Shown in pieces: positions 8,185-17,494 of a DNA stretch of 59,967 nt. The position numbers were made by a program, and so were the translations under genes. Under the pieces are notes generated by a model that saw nothing but the letters and a program-made list of their open reading frames with translations, had not been told where the DNA came from and ran no database searches. Origin of the DNA: a virus (lineage: Duplodnaviria; Caudoviricetes). The stretch spans positions 1-59,967 of the IMG/VR virus record IMGVR_UViG_3300030095_003814; one strand, written 5' to 3'. The number at the start of each line of letters is the position of its first letter. Position 1 is the stretch's first letter.

Positions 8185-8416
8185 TCTTACTTACACCACA
8201 GACGGAATTTTCTACACCATCATGCCGGAAACAGAAGATGGCGAAAATGCGTGGCGTAAAATGGCGGAAATGAATGGTGGAAATGCAAAGTTTTTTGCCC
8301 ATGAATTCCCAAGCGTTAAGGCGCAACTAAAGCAGGCGGGTTACAAAATTCGCAAAGACACAAAAAAGAAAATGTCGATTGACGAAATTATGGCGGAACT
8401 TGATGAAATCATCTGA
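8177..8416 (+). CDS. Hypothetical protein
   Basis: GAGG SD; coupled. Confidence 0.7.
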   Translation: MVDLTYTTDGIFYTIMPETEDGENAWRKMAEMNGGNAKFFAHEFPSVKAQLKQAGYKIRKDTKKKMSIDEIMAELDEII

Positions 8417-8822
8417 TCCATTCGCGCAACACGAACTAATATTTCAGTCAAGGCGGGGTGTAAAATCCCCGCACACTGGAAAACCAAAACCGGCAAGCTG
8501 GATACGTATTCAATACGATAAACCATACATCGGTCGCGCATATTGGTTTGATGTGCGGGATCAGGATTGGGAATACGTGACGGAAAGCCAAAATGTCGAA
8601 TACGAGGCAAGTTACATTGCGGCGATGCAGGATTTTTCTGTGATAACTACAGAACATGCGATTGCACAATTGCGTAACTTGATTGATCCGTGCGGAACGT
8701 GCATATCTGGCAAAACGCCATATCCAGAAAGTTACATTACTGATGGGTATGGCAAACGCACATATTTTTACGGTAAATGTCCTGAATGTGAGGTGAGATA
8801 TGGGTATGAAACAAATGATTAG
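8403..8822 (+). CDS. Hypothetical protein with C-terminal CxxC pairs
   Basis: Coupled ORF; CGTC and CPEC. Confidence 0.6.
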   Translation: MKSSDPFAQHELIFQSRRGVKSPHTGKPKPASWIRIQYDKPYIGRAYWFDVRDQDWEYVTESQNVEYEASYIAAMQDFSVITTEHAIAQLRNLIDPCGTCISGKTPYPESYITDGYGKRTYFYGKCPECEVRYGYETND

Positions 8823-9084
8823 AGATAATATCTCGTTTTCTATGTTTCATCATAGGGTTCCGTATTCAAAATTATGTGCATCTGATCAAGAGATAATTGA
8901 TAGAATAGTATCTTGTTGTTTTGATGCCTTGAGAAATCCATCAAAAAAACTAATAATGTCATCAAAGATGGTCCATGAAAATGACAAGTGGTACGAATAC
9001 ATGGATGATTTTGGTGAAGATGTGGATTATGATGTGCACAAAGACTTTTTAGTGTCTTTAATTGAGGTGATGGAGATAGAATGA
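8815..9084 (+). CDS. Hypothetical protein
   Basis: Coupled ORF. Confidence 0.6.
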   Translation: MIRDNISFSMFHHRVPYSKLCASDQEIIDRIVSCCFDALRNPSKKLIMSSKMVHENDKWYEYMDDFGEDVDYDVHKDFLVSLIEVMEIE

Positions 9085-9269
9085 AACAGATCAAACTAAG
9101 TGAATTCATCAAACACGTATCTGGATGCGAAGAATACACGGATACAGTAAACGGCAAAAACTACGCTGTGTTTTATCACACAGAACTAAGCGACGAGGTT
9201 GGGTTTATCGAATACGCAGACCACGGCCCTGTTTATTTTGTGCATGAGGAACTTTGTGGCTTGGCGTAA
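9081..9269 (+). CDS. Hypothetical protein
   Basis: GGAG SD; ATGA overlap. Confidence 0.6.
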   Translation: MKQIKLSEFIKHVSGCEEYTDTVNGKNYAVFYHTELSDEVGFIEYADHGPVYFVHEELCGLA

Positions 9270-9469
9270 GGGAGACACGAAACTTTGCTATCGGTGCGGT
9301 GATTATAAGTCGCTGGATAATTTCAGCCCATCACCGCGTCGGGCAAGTCCTGTTATGGCGGATGGTTATTGCTGTACGTGCAAGCGTTGCCATGATGAAT
9401 ACATCGCTAATCGTCCGCATAAGTGGAAGGTTAATGGAATGTGGTTTAATAAATACGGGAAAGTTAACG

Positions 9470-9664
9470 ATGCATAATTATGTTTCATGTGGCGATTGTT
9501 GTTATTTGGAGTGGTGTGAAGAGGACACGTCTGACGGGTGGATTACTAGTAATCGTGGTTTTTGCTGCACTGCTAGAAATTGTGTAGACAATCTAAAGCA
9601 GTTCCCGTTTAAAAACACAAAGTGTCATCAATTCAAAGCAAGGAAAGTTAACGATGAAATGTAA
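9470..9664 (+). CDS. Cys-rich hypothetical protein
   Basis: Coupled ORF. Confidence 0.5.
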   Translation: MHNYVSCGDCCYLEWCEEDTSDGWITSNRGFCCTARNCVDNLKQFPFKNTKCHQFKARKVNDEM

Positions 9665-9920
9665 GGATATTCCAGACAAAAAAGTTTTGCAGCTTCTGAA
9701 AGATTTTATGGACGAAGATGGAAGATGGGCAAATTATTTTGAAGGGCATAAAAATAGCGTAATTCAAGCAATGCCAATTGGAACCCCTGAAAAGCTGGCT
9801 CATGCAAAAATGAAAATGATGATTAGGCGCGGAGTTGTAGATGGTTGCCGGTGTGGTTGCCGTGGTGACTTCGTGATCACTCAAAAAGGAATTGAGGAAT
9901 TGCGAGATGAAATGGCATGA
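9654..9920 (+). CDS. Hypothetical protein (GCRCGCRGDF motif)
   Basis: MKCKDIPD...GC.CGCRGD pattern seen in small phage proteins. Confidence 0.7.
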   Translation: MKCKDIPDKKVLQLLKDFMDEDGRWANYFEGHKNSVIQAMPIGTPEKLAHAKMKMMIRRGVVDGCRCGCRGDFVITQKGIEELRDEMA

Positions 9921-10131
9921 AAAAGCAGCGCGTAAACTTGCCCGTAAAAAGTGGGTGGAGTTTATGAAAAGCCACGGCGTAAACTATGAATATGATAGCC
10001 TTATGGCTGGATTTGCAGAGGATAGATTTTGGCGAAATGAGTTGCAAACAGTGCGTACTGTGTTACACTTGGCAAGCAATGAACTTGGAGGAAATACCAC
10101 AATAGACCAGTTACTTAACGACGGTTTATAG
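9892..10131 (+). CDS. Hypothetical protein
   Basis: Coupled ORF; start uncertain. Confidence 0.55.
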   Translation: MRNCEMKWHEKAARKLARKKWVEFMKSHGVNYEYDSLMAGFAEDRFWRNELQTVRTVLHLASNELGGNTTIDQLLNDGL

Positions 10132-10270
10132 CGTTCTAGCCATCGTCTGCATTAGCTTTTTTTATTATCAACAACATTATGAAAGGCGGTTGTGTAAGTA
10201 TGCTTGCTGGTGCTTCGGAATGGTCCCCCCCTTACATTCAGTTTGACGGTGGTTAGAACGGTGTTAATCA

Positions 10271-10699
10271 ATGGTTAGAGTAACATTTAATAACGGCGCA
10301 CATATTAAAGGTTATCACCTTGTACCGATTACAGAGAAAGAATGCACGTTACTAGTACATTGCGGCAAGCCACGTCCGATTGATAGCGTTAAGGATGTCT
10401 TGCAATGCAACGAACATGAGGCGTTAAAAATCGCCAAATCACTAACGGCTAAGATGCTACATGCCGGTACTGATTGCGTGATTGCAGATTGGTCGATTGA
10501 ATATGATGCAGGGTTGTCTAAGCATTACGCGAAAGAACGCAAGCAAATTATATTGACGCGATTTGACAGAATGCATAAGATGTGCCGTGAACATGCTGCG
10601 GTTATGGGGTTTGACGATCCGGCGAAATACCTTGATCAGTGGTTTGTCGATAACGCGGCGGATGAATTGAAACAATTGGAGGAATTGATTGATGGATAA
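10271..10699 (+). CDS. Hypothetical protein
   Basis: 142-aa ORF. Confidence 0.65.
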   Translation: MVRVTFNNGAHIKGYHLVPITEKECTLLVHCGKPRPIDSVKDVLQCNEHEALKIAKSLTAKMLHAGTDCVIADWSIEYDAGLSKHYAKERKQIILTRFDRMHKMCREHAAVMGFDDPAKYLDQWFVDNAADELKQLEELIDG

Positions 10700-10968
10700 T
10701 TTTTTGATTTGTGTTTTTGCGGCAATAGGTTTTATTGTTGGTTTTGCCGTAGGAAGTGCTTATACGGATCACGTAAAGAATGTTGAGGCATTTGCTAACG
10801 GTGTAGCATATTACGACTGCGCACCAGAAACCGGAAAATGCGTGTTTAAGTATAAGGAGGTTGAATAATGGATATTGAAATTAAAGCTGATGGTTGGAAG
10901 GCGGTTTTGATCGTTTCATCGTTTGCCGCGTTTTCATTTTGATTGGCGTGTGGATCGGGGGTTGAAAA

Positions 10969-11220
10969 ATGACAGGTATCGGACATAACGGAATTGCAGC
11001 AGATCAGCTTGCAAGCTATGTGGAGCGGATTGAGCGTCTTGAGGAAGAAAAAGCCAACCTCATGGCGGATATGAAGGAAGTATACGGCGAGGCAAAATCG
11101 TTGGGGTATGATGTGAAAATCCTGCGCCAGATTATCCGCCTGCGTAAACTTGAAGATCACGAACGCACCGAACAGGAAGAAGTCCTAGAAGTCTACAAGC
11201 ACGCACTCGGGATGAGCTAA
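10969..11220 (+). CDS. gapR: GapR (DUF2312) nucleoid-associated DNA-binding protein
   Basis: [19 protein letters not shown]...[25 protein letters not shown]...E.E.VLEVY..ALGM. Confidence 0.93.
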   Translation: MTGIGHNGIAADQLASYVERIERLEEEKANLMADMKEVYGEAKSLGYDVKILRQIIRLRKLEDHERTEQEEVLEVYKHALGMS

Positions 11221-11465
11221 TGCCAAATATCACAGAACATGAAATGAAGGACCATCGCGCAGATTTCCATTATGAAAATACGGATATGTGCGATGATATC
11301 TTTAACTGCGTTTTGCAGTATATTCGTACACATATGGAGCCTGATCATATCTTTGAAGAAAGAGATTTACTATCTTGGGCATCGGAGAATGATCCAGAAG
11401 ATGTTTTTGACGCTCGTACATTGCAAGAATGGGCGGAAAACGAAGGGTATGTAAAAGATGAATAA
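11220..11465 (+). CDS. Acidic hypothetical protein
   Basis: TAATG overlap with gapR. Confidence 0.6.
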   Translation: MPNITEHEMKDHRADFHYENTDMCDDIFNCVLQYIRTHMEPDHIFEERDLLSWASENDPEDVFDARTLQEWAENEGYVKDE

Positions 11466-11615
11466 TCGTGAAAAACTCGTAGACCGCTCATGGCAGCTAT
11501 ATCAAGACGTGGGCGACGTAATGGCAACAACAACGGACAACGAAGCTGGTGTATTGCTGGATCGCCTGTTTGATGTGTGCGAAGAATTGGAAGTGTTTTT
11601 GATGGGGGATGACGA

Positions 11616-11861
11616 ATGAATATGGTAGAGCGTATCGCGCGGGCAATTTGCGCGGCAAGGTATGAGAGACATGAATTTGGAAGGGTGGTTGACGAATTGT
11701 GGGTAGATCATCTCAGAGAGGCGAGAGCTGTTTTGGTAGCTTTGGAGCACCCAACTGATTGCATGATCCGATATGGGAAAAATGCGTCTAGCGCCGGGTC
11801 TCTATTCGAGTGCGAAGATATATTTGTTAGTATGATACAATCGGCACAGGATGAAAAATGA
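11616..11861 (+). CDS. Hypothetical protein (MVERIARAI type)
   Basis: Resembles a small-protein motif frequent in alphaproteobacterial phages. Confidence 0.65.
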   Translation: MNMVERIARAICAARYERHEFGRVVDELWVDHLREARAVLVALEHPTDCMIRYGKNASSAGSLFECEDIFVSMIQSAQDEK

Positions 11862-12743
11862 ACTACCTAATCAAATTCGTATACAAAGCACGTAACAACG
11901 CGCAGAAATATCAGTTACAGGCAGATAGCGTTGAGGACGCGCTAACCAAGGGTCGAGAGAAGCTAGAGCAAGCCGTGCCTAATCCGAAAGATTACGAGCT
12001 TGAGTTTGTGCGTGTGTTGAATTGACTTTTGTGGTATAAGTAATCATGGAATTATTCGTAGGAATAGCTTTGTTTGTGATTGCTTCATTGATTGTTGTTC
12101 CGCTTTCGTGGTTGGTTAGTAAAATGGTTTTTGGAAGGTGAATTATGGAAACAGAACGCGGATTTAAGGATGTCGAAAAGTGCATTGAAGGCGCACGAGG
12201 CATAAAGCCAAACGGAGGTGATATTGATGGTTTGGGTGACGTTTAAACGTTGGAGGTTAGTATGATTTGGCTACTTGCTGTATATGGCGTTTCTTGGGCT
12301 TGGTTCTCGTATGTTTACACATGGCGGGCATCTATGCAGGGCGGGTTTAATGTTCCAGATATGATCTTTGCAATGGTGTTTGCATTGGGGTGGCCTATTA
12401 TTGAGTTTATTCGCTGGAGGAATGGATGATGCCTAACTTTAGCGGAATTGTTGGCCTTATTTATATTCTCGGTGGTGTATGCGTTGTATCAGTTCCGCTA
12501 GGGCTGTGGAAGATGGTTGAGTTGCTTTCTAACATTAGTATTTCGTGGGGTTGATATGGTAAAGGAAGATGGTCCTTGGGTGGCGATTGTTGATAACTCA
12601 GGAATTACAATAGCTAGCGGAGATAATTATCAAAATGCTACTTTGACTTTGCATGGTGATTTTTACAAAACAGTTGACGCTGTGAAATACGCAGAAGAAA
12701 TTGCTAAACGCTTAAACGCTTATCAGGTGCGTGAGGAGTTGTA

Positions 12744-13367
12744 ATGCCAGCCGGTAGACCAACAAAAATGACACCAGAGACAATCAAAAAATTAGAGGAC
12801 GCTTTTTTGCTTGGTCGAAACCTGAGTGAATCTTCACATTTTATGGTTGCGGAATATTTTCATTGCACTGGTGCGACCAAGGAAAGGTATGTTAACAAGT
12901 GGGAGACAAAGAGTTTTTACTGGATGCTTAAGAGTGATATGATCTTCGAGTATCAGGCGGTAAAGAAGCTGTTTCATTCTTTGAGGATTGACTGCAATAC
13001 TAAGTTTGATTGCTGTGTTTGCGGTGGGAAAACTACAAGTTTCAGGACAGGAAAAAGAAGGCATTGCTTAGAATGTTCCGATGAATTTGATGCAATGTCA
13101 AAGTTAAAGCGTAAAGTGCAGACGCTAAAAAGAAAGAAAAGATTAAAGTATTCTTCTGACGGTACGGTGACAGCAAAGTTCCTTAGAGATTTAATTAAAA
13201 GACAGGGATTTAAATGCAAATACTGCGGTGAGGAGCTGAGGAACGATTGGAAGCACTTAGACCACATTTACCCGGTAAGTAAGGGCGGGAAACATACAAG
13301 CGTTAATGTTCAATATTTGTGCCCGCCATGCAATATGAAGAAGCGCGATAAGGTTTATGATGCCTAG
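12744..13367 (+). CDS. HNH homing endonuclease fused to a captured TerS-like N-terminus
   Basis: First 24 aa MPAGRPTKMTPETIKKLEDAFLLG are TerS-like; C-terminus CKYCG...HLDHIYPVSKGGKH...NVQYLCPPCNMKK. Confidence 0.85.
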   Translation: MPAGRPTKMTPETIKKLEDAFLLGRNLSESSHFMVAEYFHCTGATKERYVNKWETKSFYWMLKSDMIFEYQAVKKLFHSLRIDCNTKFDCCVCGGKTTSFRTGKRRHCLECSDEFDAMSKLKRKVQTLKRKKRLKYSSDGTVTAKFLRDLIKRQGFKCKYCGEELRNDWKHLDHIYPVSKGGKHTSVNVQYLCPPCNMKKRDKVYDA

Positions 13368-13764
13368 AGGTAAAAAAGTAGATATTGAAGATTACATTGC
13401 GAACATAGAGGAGTACCTAAAGGTAGGTTGCTCAATACACGAAGCCTGCTTAAATGGTGAGGTTCCGTATAGAACTGTCATGGATTATTATGAAAACGAT
13501 GAAGAAATTCGCAAAAAAATAGACAGGTTGAAAAAGCACTCAATTTATATTGCGCGCAAGTCTGTTTTTGACCACATGGCAAAAGACGGTAAACTTGCTC
13601 TGTCTTTCCTTGAGCGTAAGAAAAAAGACGAATTCAGCCTTAAATCTGAGATTGCACATTCTGGCGAGATCGAACAAAAGCACACACTAGACGTAACCAA
13701 ACTAACAGACGATCAACTTAAGGCGTTGCGTGACGCTATGGTGAGCGATGATACACAGGGGTAA
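13357..13764 (+). CDS. terS: Terminase small subunit
   Basis: HTH region G.S..EAC; ARKSV...ALSFLERKKKDEFS; HSGEI...LDVTKLTDDQL tail. Confidence 0.75.
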   Translation: MMPRGKKVDIEDYIANIEEYLKVGCSIHEACLNGEVPYRTVMDYYENDEEIRKKIDRLKKHSIYIARKSVFDHMAKDGKLALSFLERKKKDEFSLKSEIAHSGEIEQKHTLDVTKLTDDQLKALRDAMVSDDTQG

Positions 13765-14047
13765 ATGGTTTGCCGCTTATGCTGGGCGCGATTGGGCGCG
13801 TCTTTTGCGCTTTAACTTGCAGATTGTGTTTCTCCCAAGATACGAAGAGCACGAATACGGATGCATGTTGCCGTGTTCAGCATATATTGATTTCTCGATT
13901 GGATCGTGTGTTGGTGACGTGGTTAAGTTTCTCCCATATAGGCAAAAGAAACGTGTACGTGACATTTCCCGAAAGTGGACGGGTAGAGAATGGGAGAGTG
14001 TAGGCGATTTTATATTCCCATGGAGATTTGATTTCGGATTTCAATAA
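13748..14047 (+). CDS. Hypothetical protein
   Basis: Overlaps the terS stop; followed by a terminator. Confidence 0.45.
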   Translation: MIHRGKWFAAYAGRDWARLLRFNLQIVFLPRYEEHEYGCMLPCSAYIDFSIGSCVGDVVKFLPYRQKKRVRDISRKWTGREWESVGDFIFPWRFDFGFQ

Positions 14048-14070
14048 CAACAATCCATCCGTTGAAACTC

Positions 14071-14100
14071 AGACGTCATTTAACCGTGGCGTCTTTTTTT
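14071..14100 (+). terminator. Intrinsic terminator
   Basis: AGACGTCA...TGGCGTCT hairpin plus T-tract. Confidence 0.75.
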
Positions 14101-14123
14101 GTCTTGTTTGTGTGCTTTTATGT

Positions 14124-14152
14124 TTGACACGAACAATCAACCATGTCATATT
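14124..14152 (+). promoter_or_regulatory. Early sigma70-like promoter
   Basis: TTGACA-17-CATATT, same class as the 2858/7953 cassettes. Confidence 0.7.
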
Positions 14153-14194
14153 ACCTTTCATGGAGAGACAAAAACCCAACGGAGGAATAAGACA

Positions 14195-14479
14195 ATGACA
14201 TTCAAACTACAGCCCGGAGACTACATCCGTCTTGCATCGGTTCCGGACGATAAGAAGCAGGCGGTTGTTGATGCGTTTGTTAATGCTGGCGCGGTAAACA
14301 ATCTTGGTTACGGACATCTGACATTTGATCGTAAATGTTTGGTTGCTATCTTTTATGATGGTCGCAAGGGTGGTTCTTTGAACGGTTCTTATGTTTGTGA
14401 CCATGAAGAATTCAAGCGCGAAGTCACCCTAGACCAAATCATTAGCGAACAAAACCCAACATGTGGTGACGTTTGTTGA
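14195..14479 (+). CDS. Hypothetical protein, MTFKLQPGD paralogue family
   Basis: GGAGG SD; conserved N-terminus and VTLDQI. Confidence 0.8.
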   Translation: MTFKLQPGDYIRLASVPDDKKQAVVDAFVNAGAVNNLGYGHLTFDRKCLVAIFYDGRKGGSLNGSYVCDHEEFKREVTLDQIISEQNPTCGDVC

Positions 14480-14670
14480 TGCAAGTTTACAAAAACACCA
14501 ACTGGACAAAGCGCGATTACGAATGCACTAACGTAGTTGCCGCTGTCAGCAACCGTAAGCCTGATGACTTCGAACTATCATCGTTTGATGAGTTGCCGAA
14601 GGACATTGTGAAACTGGCGTCGTATGAGTTTGATCATGGCGTTAATCTTGAATTGTGGGGGTATGTGTGA
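14473..14670 (+). CDS. Hypothetical protein
   Basis: Coupled ORF. Confidence 0.55.
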   Translation: MLMQVYKNTNWTKRDYECTNVVAAVSNRKPDDFELSSFDELPKDIVKLASYEFDHGVNLELWGYV

Positions 14671-14832
14671 TGATAGACCTTAATCAAGTATCAATGCGGC
14701 TTAAAAACAGCGCGTACGCACTTAACGAGGCAGCCATTAACATTACGATGCACTGGAACGATAAACAGCGTTTGCGTCGTGAGGCAAAGAACAATCTGGA
14801 ATTGGCAAAGATGATTGATGAGGAGGATAACG

Positions 14833-15108
14833 ATGAGTAAAGACAGGCCGCGCCCGTGGCACAACCCGACGCCGCTTAATGAATATGAGCCAGATTGGGC
14901 TGGGCAATTTGATACGTTTGAGGATTGGGTCAACCATGCACCACGAGCGTTAACTGGTGAGGTTGGCTCAGTTGGTGAAAAGTTGCCTGCATTTTGTGTT
15001 GACGCTATGGGGCGTCGTTGTCATGTTGGTTTTGACTTCCATAGGGCGCGTGACGATGGTGCGTTTCCAGTGCGGTATTTTTGGGGGTTTAAGGAAGAAT
15101 TGAAATGA
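14833..15108 (+). CDS. Hypothetical protein
   Basis: GGAGG SD; CVDAMGRRC..G.DF.RARD..AFPVRY motif. Confidence 0.7.
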   Translation: MSKDRPRPWHNPTPLNEYEPDWAGQFDTFEDWVNHAPRALTGEVGSVGEKLPAFCVDAMGRRCHVGFDFHRARDDGAFPVRYFWGFKEELK

Positions 15109-15368
15109 CATTCAAACTACAACCCGGCGACTGGATACCGACTGCGGAAGTCCCAGAGGAAAAGCGTCAGGCTGTGATTGATGCTTTTGTGAAGGCTGGT
15201 GCAACTTTGCCTGATACATTTTGGGCAGATTGGGATGAGGCGGTTGTCGCCCATTGGGATGGTATTTTCGGCGAATTAGATTTGTTTGAGGATGACGGAT
15301 ACGACGATGGCCGCCGCGTCACACTAGACCAAATACTTGGCCAACAAAAAACAACATGGGGTGAGTGA
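15105..15368 (+). CDS. Hypothetical protein, MTFKLQPGD paralogue family
   Basis: Near-identical ends to 1547..1969. Confidence 0.8.
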   Translation: MTFKLQPGDWIPTAEVPEEKRQAVIDAFVKAGATLPDTFWADWDEAVVAHWDGIFGELDLFEDDGYDDGRRVTLDQILGQQKTTWGE

Positions 15369-15617
15369 TGAAAAATAATCCAGACACGATCAAAGGCTTC
15401 ATATACGGACAGGACGGAAAACCAGTACCGTTAACCGTGAAAGATACGAAAGAAAATGCGCAGTTTATGGAATGGTTGCGTATTCATGATCGGAGTATGT
15501 GAGATCATTCGCACGATATTCTAGCGCCGACGAGTGAGTTTGCAACATTATTGCGTTTGTCAATAAGTGCTTTTATTGTGCGTGAGATCGGTTATAGTGT
15601 TGATAGGAGGTATAGAT

Positions 15618-15884
15618 ATGTATTACGATAATTGGAAAAACATGATTACCGATGAAATGTTTGATCATGGTGACTGCTGGGAAAATATTATATTTCAGTC
15701 GCTAACTCATGATGAACTAATGAAAGATTTTGATGCCGGATATGGTAGCGAATACGGGAAGCCTTTTTTCGTGTGGACGCACGACAGGGTTTATTTCCCG
15801 GTTTGCTATGATGGTTCAGAATGGGTAGGTAGCGTCCCGCGCCATCCCACAAGCGAAGAGCCGCAACATTTTGGTGGAGGTTGA
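15618..15884 (+). CDS. Hypothetical protein (VYFPVCYDGSEWVGSVPRHP motif)
   Basis: AGGAGG SD. Confidence 0.75.
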   Translation: MYYDNWKNMITDEMFDHGDCWENIIFQSLTHDELMKDFDAGYGSEYGKPFFVWTHDRVYFPVCYDGSEWVGSVPRHPTSEEPQHFGGG

Positions 15885-15887
15885 GAT

Positions 15888-16646
15888 ATGAAAATCGCAC
15901 TACTAGACGAACAAGGCAACGTTGTAACACCGCGCAAGGGTGATTGCGTTATGGCTTGCGATATTGAGAATGAGGAAATGCATAACGCTATTCGCGATGC
16001 GTTTGCTAATGCTGGGTGCAAAGTTTTTGAGCATGGAAAGTATAATGCAATTTCAGATTGGAAGTATCTTGCATGGCTAAACAGTAGCTTCAGCTATAGA
16101 GATCGGGGCTGTTTGTCTTGGTCTGATGACAACGAAGGATACCGCAGACTATACCCGCACGCCATCAAACAAACACTCTTCGAAGCGGCTAAAGATGCGG
16201 CTGATGGAACGCGGTTTAAGGTTGGTCAAGCCATTTTCAAAGTGCACCACGGTTCGTTGATGTGGATTGATGGTGACGAGTTGCGCCCAGCTTTGCTAAA
16301 TGTTCTTGGTGCTACGAATTGGGAATACGTTCCTGATGGACCAAAGAAGCGTGATGTACGTCAAGGACAGATTGTCGGGGAAGATAGCGTTTATATTCCC
16401 GCTGACATGATGGCGGAATGCATTGATGCATTTAAGCTGATTGGTCGCCTTGCAATGTGGGAAGGTGCGCAGATCGGTAAACCGGGTTATGCGAAATCGT
16501 GCATCCTGATCAGCCACGGAGACGACAAGGTTGGAGCTAATGGAGTAATGTACATTGATAATCCGTTGCCATTGCATGTTACATTCGAAACTAAAGAACA
16601 ATGCGAAGCGGCATGGAAAGCAGAATGCCCGGAGATGTTCGAATGA
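15888..16646 (+). CDS. Hypothetical protein; N-terminus distantly like the MTFKLQPGD family
   Basis: GGAGG SD; PRKGDCV...IRDAFANAG. Confidence 0.7.
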   Translation: MKIALLDEQGNVVTPRKGDCVMACDIENEEMHNAIRDAFANAGCKVFEHGKYNAISDWKYLAWLNSSFSYRDRGCLSWSDDNEGYRRLYPHAIKQTLFEAAKDAADGTRFKVGQAIFKVHHGSLMWIDGDELRPALLNVLGATNWEYVPDGPKKRDVRQGQIVGEDSVYIPADMMAECIDAFKLIGRLAMWEGAQIGKPGYAKSCILISHGDDKVGANGVMYIDNPLPLHVTFETKEQCEAAWKAECPEMFE

Positions 16647-16840
16647 AAAACGATCTTGCTGTAAAATTTGCATTGCGTGACGGCAAAGACAAATACGAAC
16701 AGATCGCACTTGCCATTGAAAACGATCTAACCATGAGACGTGGATATAAAGACGTTTACGACCAAAGCGGCGAGACAGAGGTAATGGAAATGCGCGAGAC
16801 GTGGCGCAATATCATTAAGGATGTGTTAAATGTGGATTAA
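16643..16840 (+). CDS. Hypothetical protein
   Basis: ATGA overlap. Confidence 0.55.
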   Translation: MKNDLAVKFALRDGKDKYEQIALAIENDLTMRRGYKDVYDQSGETEVMEMRETWRNIIKDVLNVD

Positions 16841-17005
16841 CGCAGAATACGCGCCTTATAACGTGGAGTTGCGGGTTAAGACTTATGGAGATCGTCAATT
16901 TTTTGTTACTCGCACACGATCTAAGCATCTAAAAAGTGTTTGGAAAATTAATTGTTGTGACGCGTTTTTCTTAGATCACGATGTAATGTCATACTGGTAT
17001 GCAAC

Positions 17006-17209
17006 ATGAAACAGGAAGATATTGTCCACCATCTTTCTTTGTTGAATGATGACTGGAGTGATGAGTATTGGCTGTTTTCAGCGTCTGGCAGACTTTGCTT
17101 GATGAGAAAAAAAGATGGCAAGAGGGTGATGCGCAAGAATGGCGGATTTGATCCTGATTATGTTGTTTGTACATTTCCTTTAATTGAAAACGATGGAGGT
17201 GACTGGTGA
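17006..17209 (+). CDS. Hypothetical protein
   Basis: Ends in NDGGDW, a C-terminal pattern seen in small phage proteins. Confidence 0.6.
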   Translation: MKQEDIVHHLSLLNDDWSDEYWLFSASGRLCLMRKKDGKRVMRKNGGFDPDYVVCTFPLIENDGGDW

Positions 17210-17448
17210 GAAACATAGACATACTAAGCAAAGCAACCAAAATATACACGACAGGCGGTGTTTATGATGGTGAGGCCGCGCATTGGGCTTTGGGTGAGAT
17301 TGATAGGTTGCGTGAAGAACTGATCGCCACAAGTTCGCATCTTGCGCTTGTTATGCACCAGCTAAACGAAGCAAACGACGAAATAGAATTGCTGCAATCG
17401 GAAAATGAAATGATTGAAGATATGCTAGAACGCGAAACGGAATGTTAA
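17206..17448 (+). CDS. Coiled-coil hypothetical protein
   Basis: GGAGG SD; GTGA overlap. Confidence 0.6.
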   Translation: MRNIDILSKATKIYTTGGVYDGEAAHWALGEIDRLREELIATSSHLALVMHQLNEANDEIELLQSENEMIEDMLERETEC

Positions 17449-17450
17449 TA

Positions 17451-17494
17451 ACACATAAACTTGTGTAGTATTAACCATGTGATATAATGCGAAT
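17451..17494 (+). promoter_or_regulatory. Putative late promoter: palindromic ACACATAAACTTGTGT plus extended -10
   Basis: TG-A-TATAAT at 17480-17488, 6 nt before the terL ATG; no SD. Confidence 0.6.

Noticed and set aside
12816-13428. Group I intron or ribosomal bypass in terS (matching GGT codons)
   Set aside because: The segment does not end in G, shows no P7-like core, has no stop after the take-off codon, and terS has its own ATG with a complete substitute N-terminus.
1724-15341. Diversity-generating retroelement TR/VR pair
   Set aside because: No reverse transcriptase is present and the mismatches are not adenine-specific.
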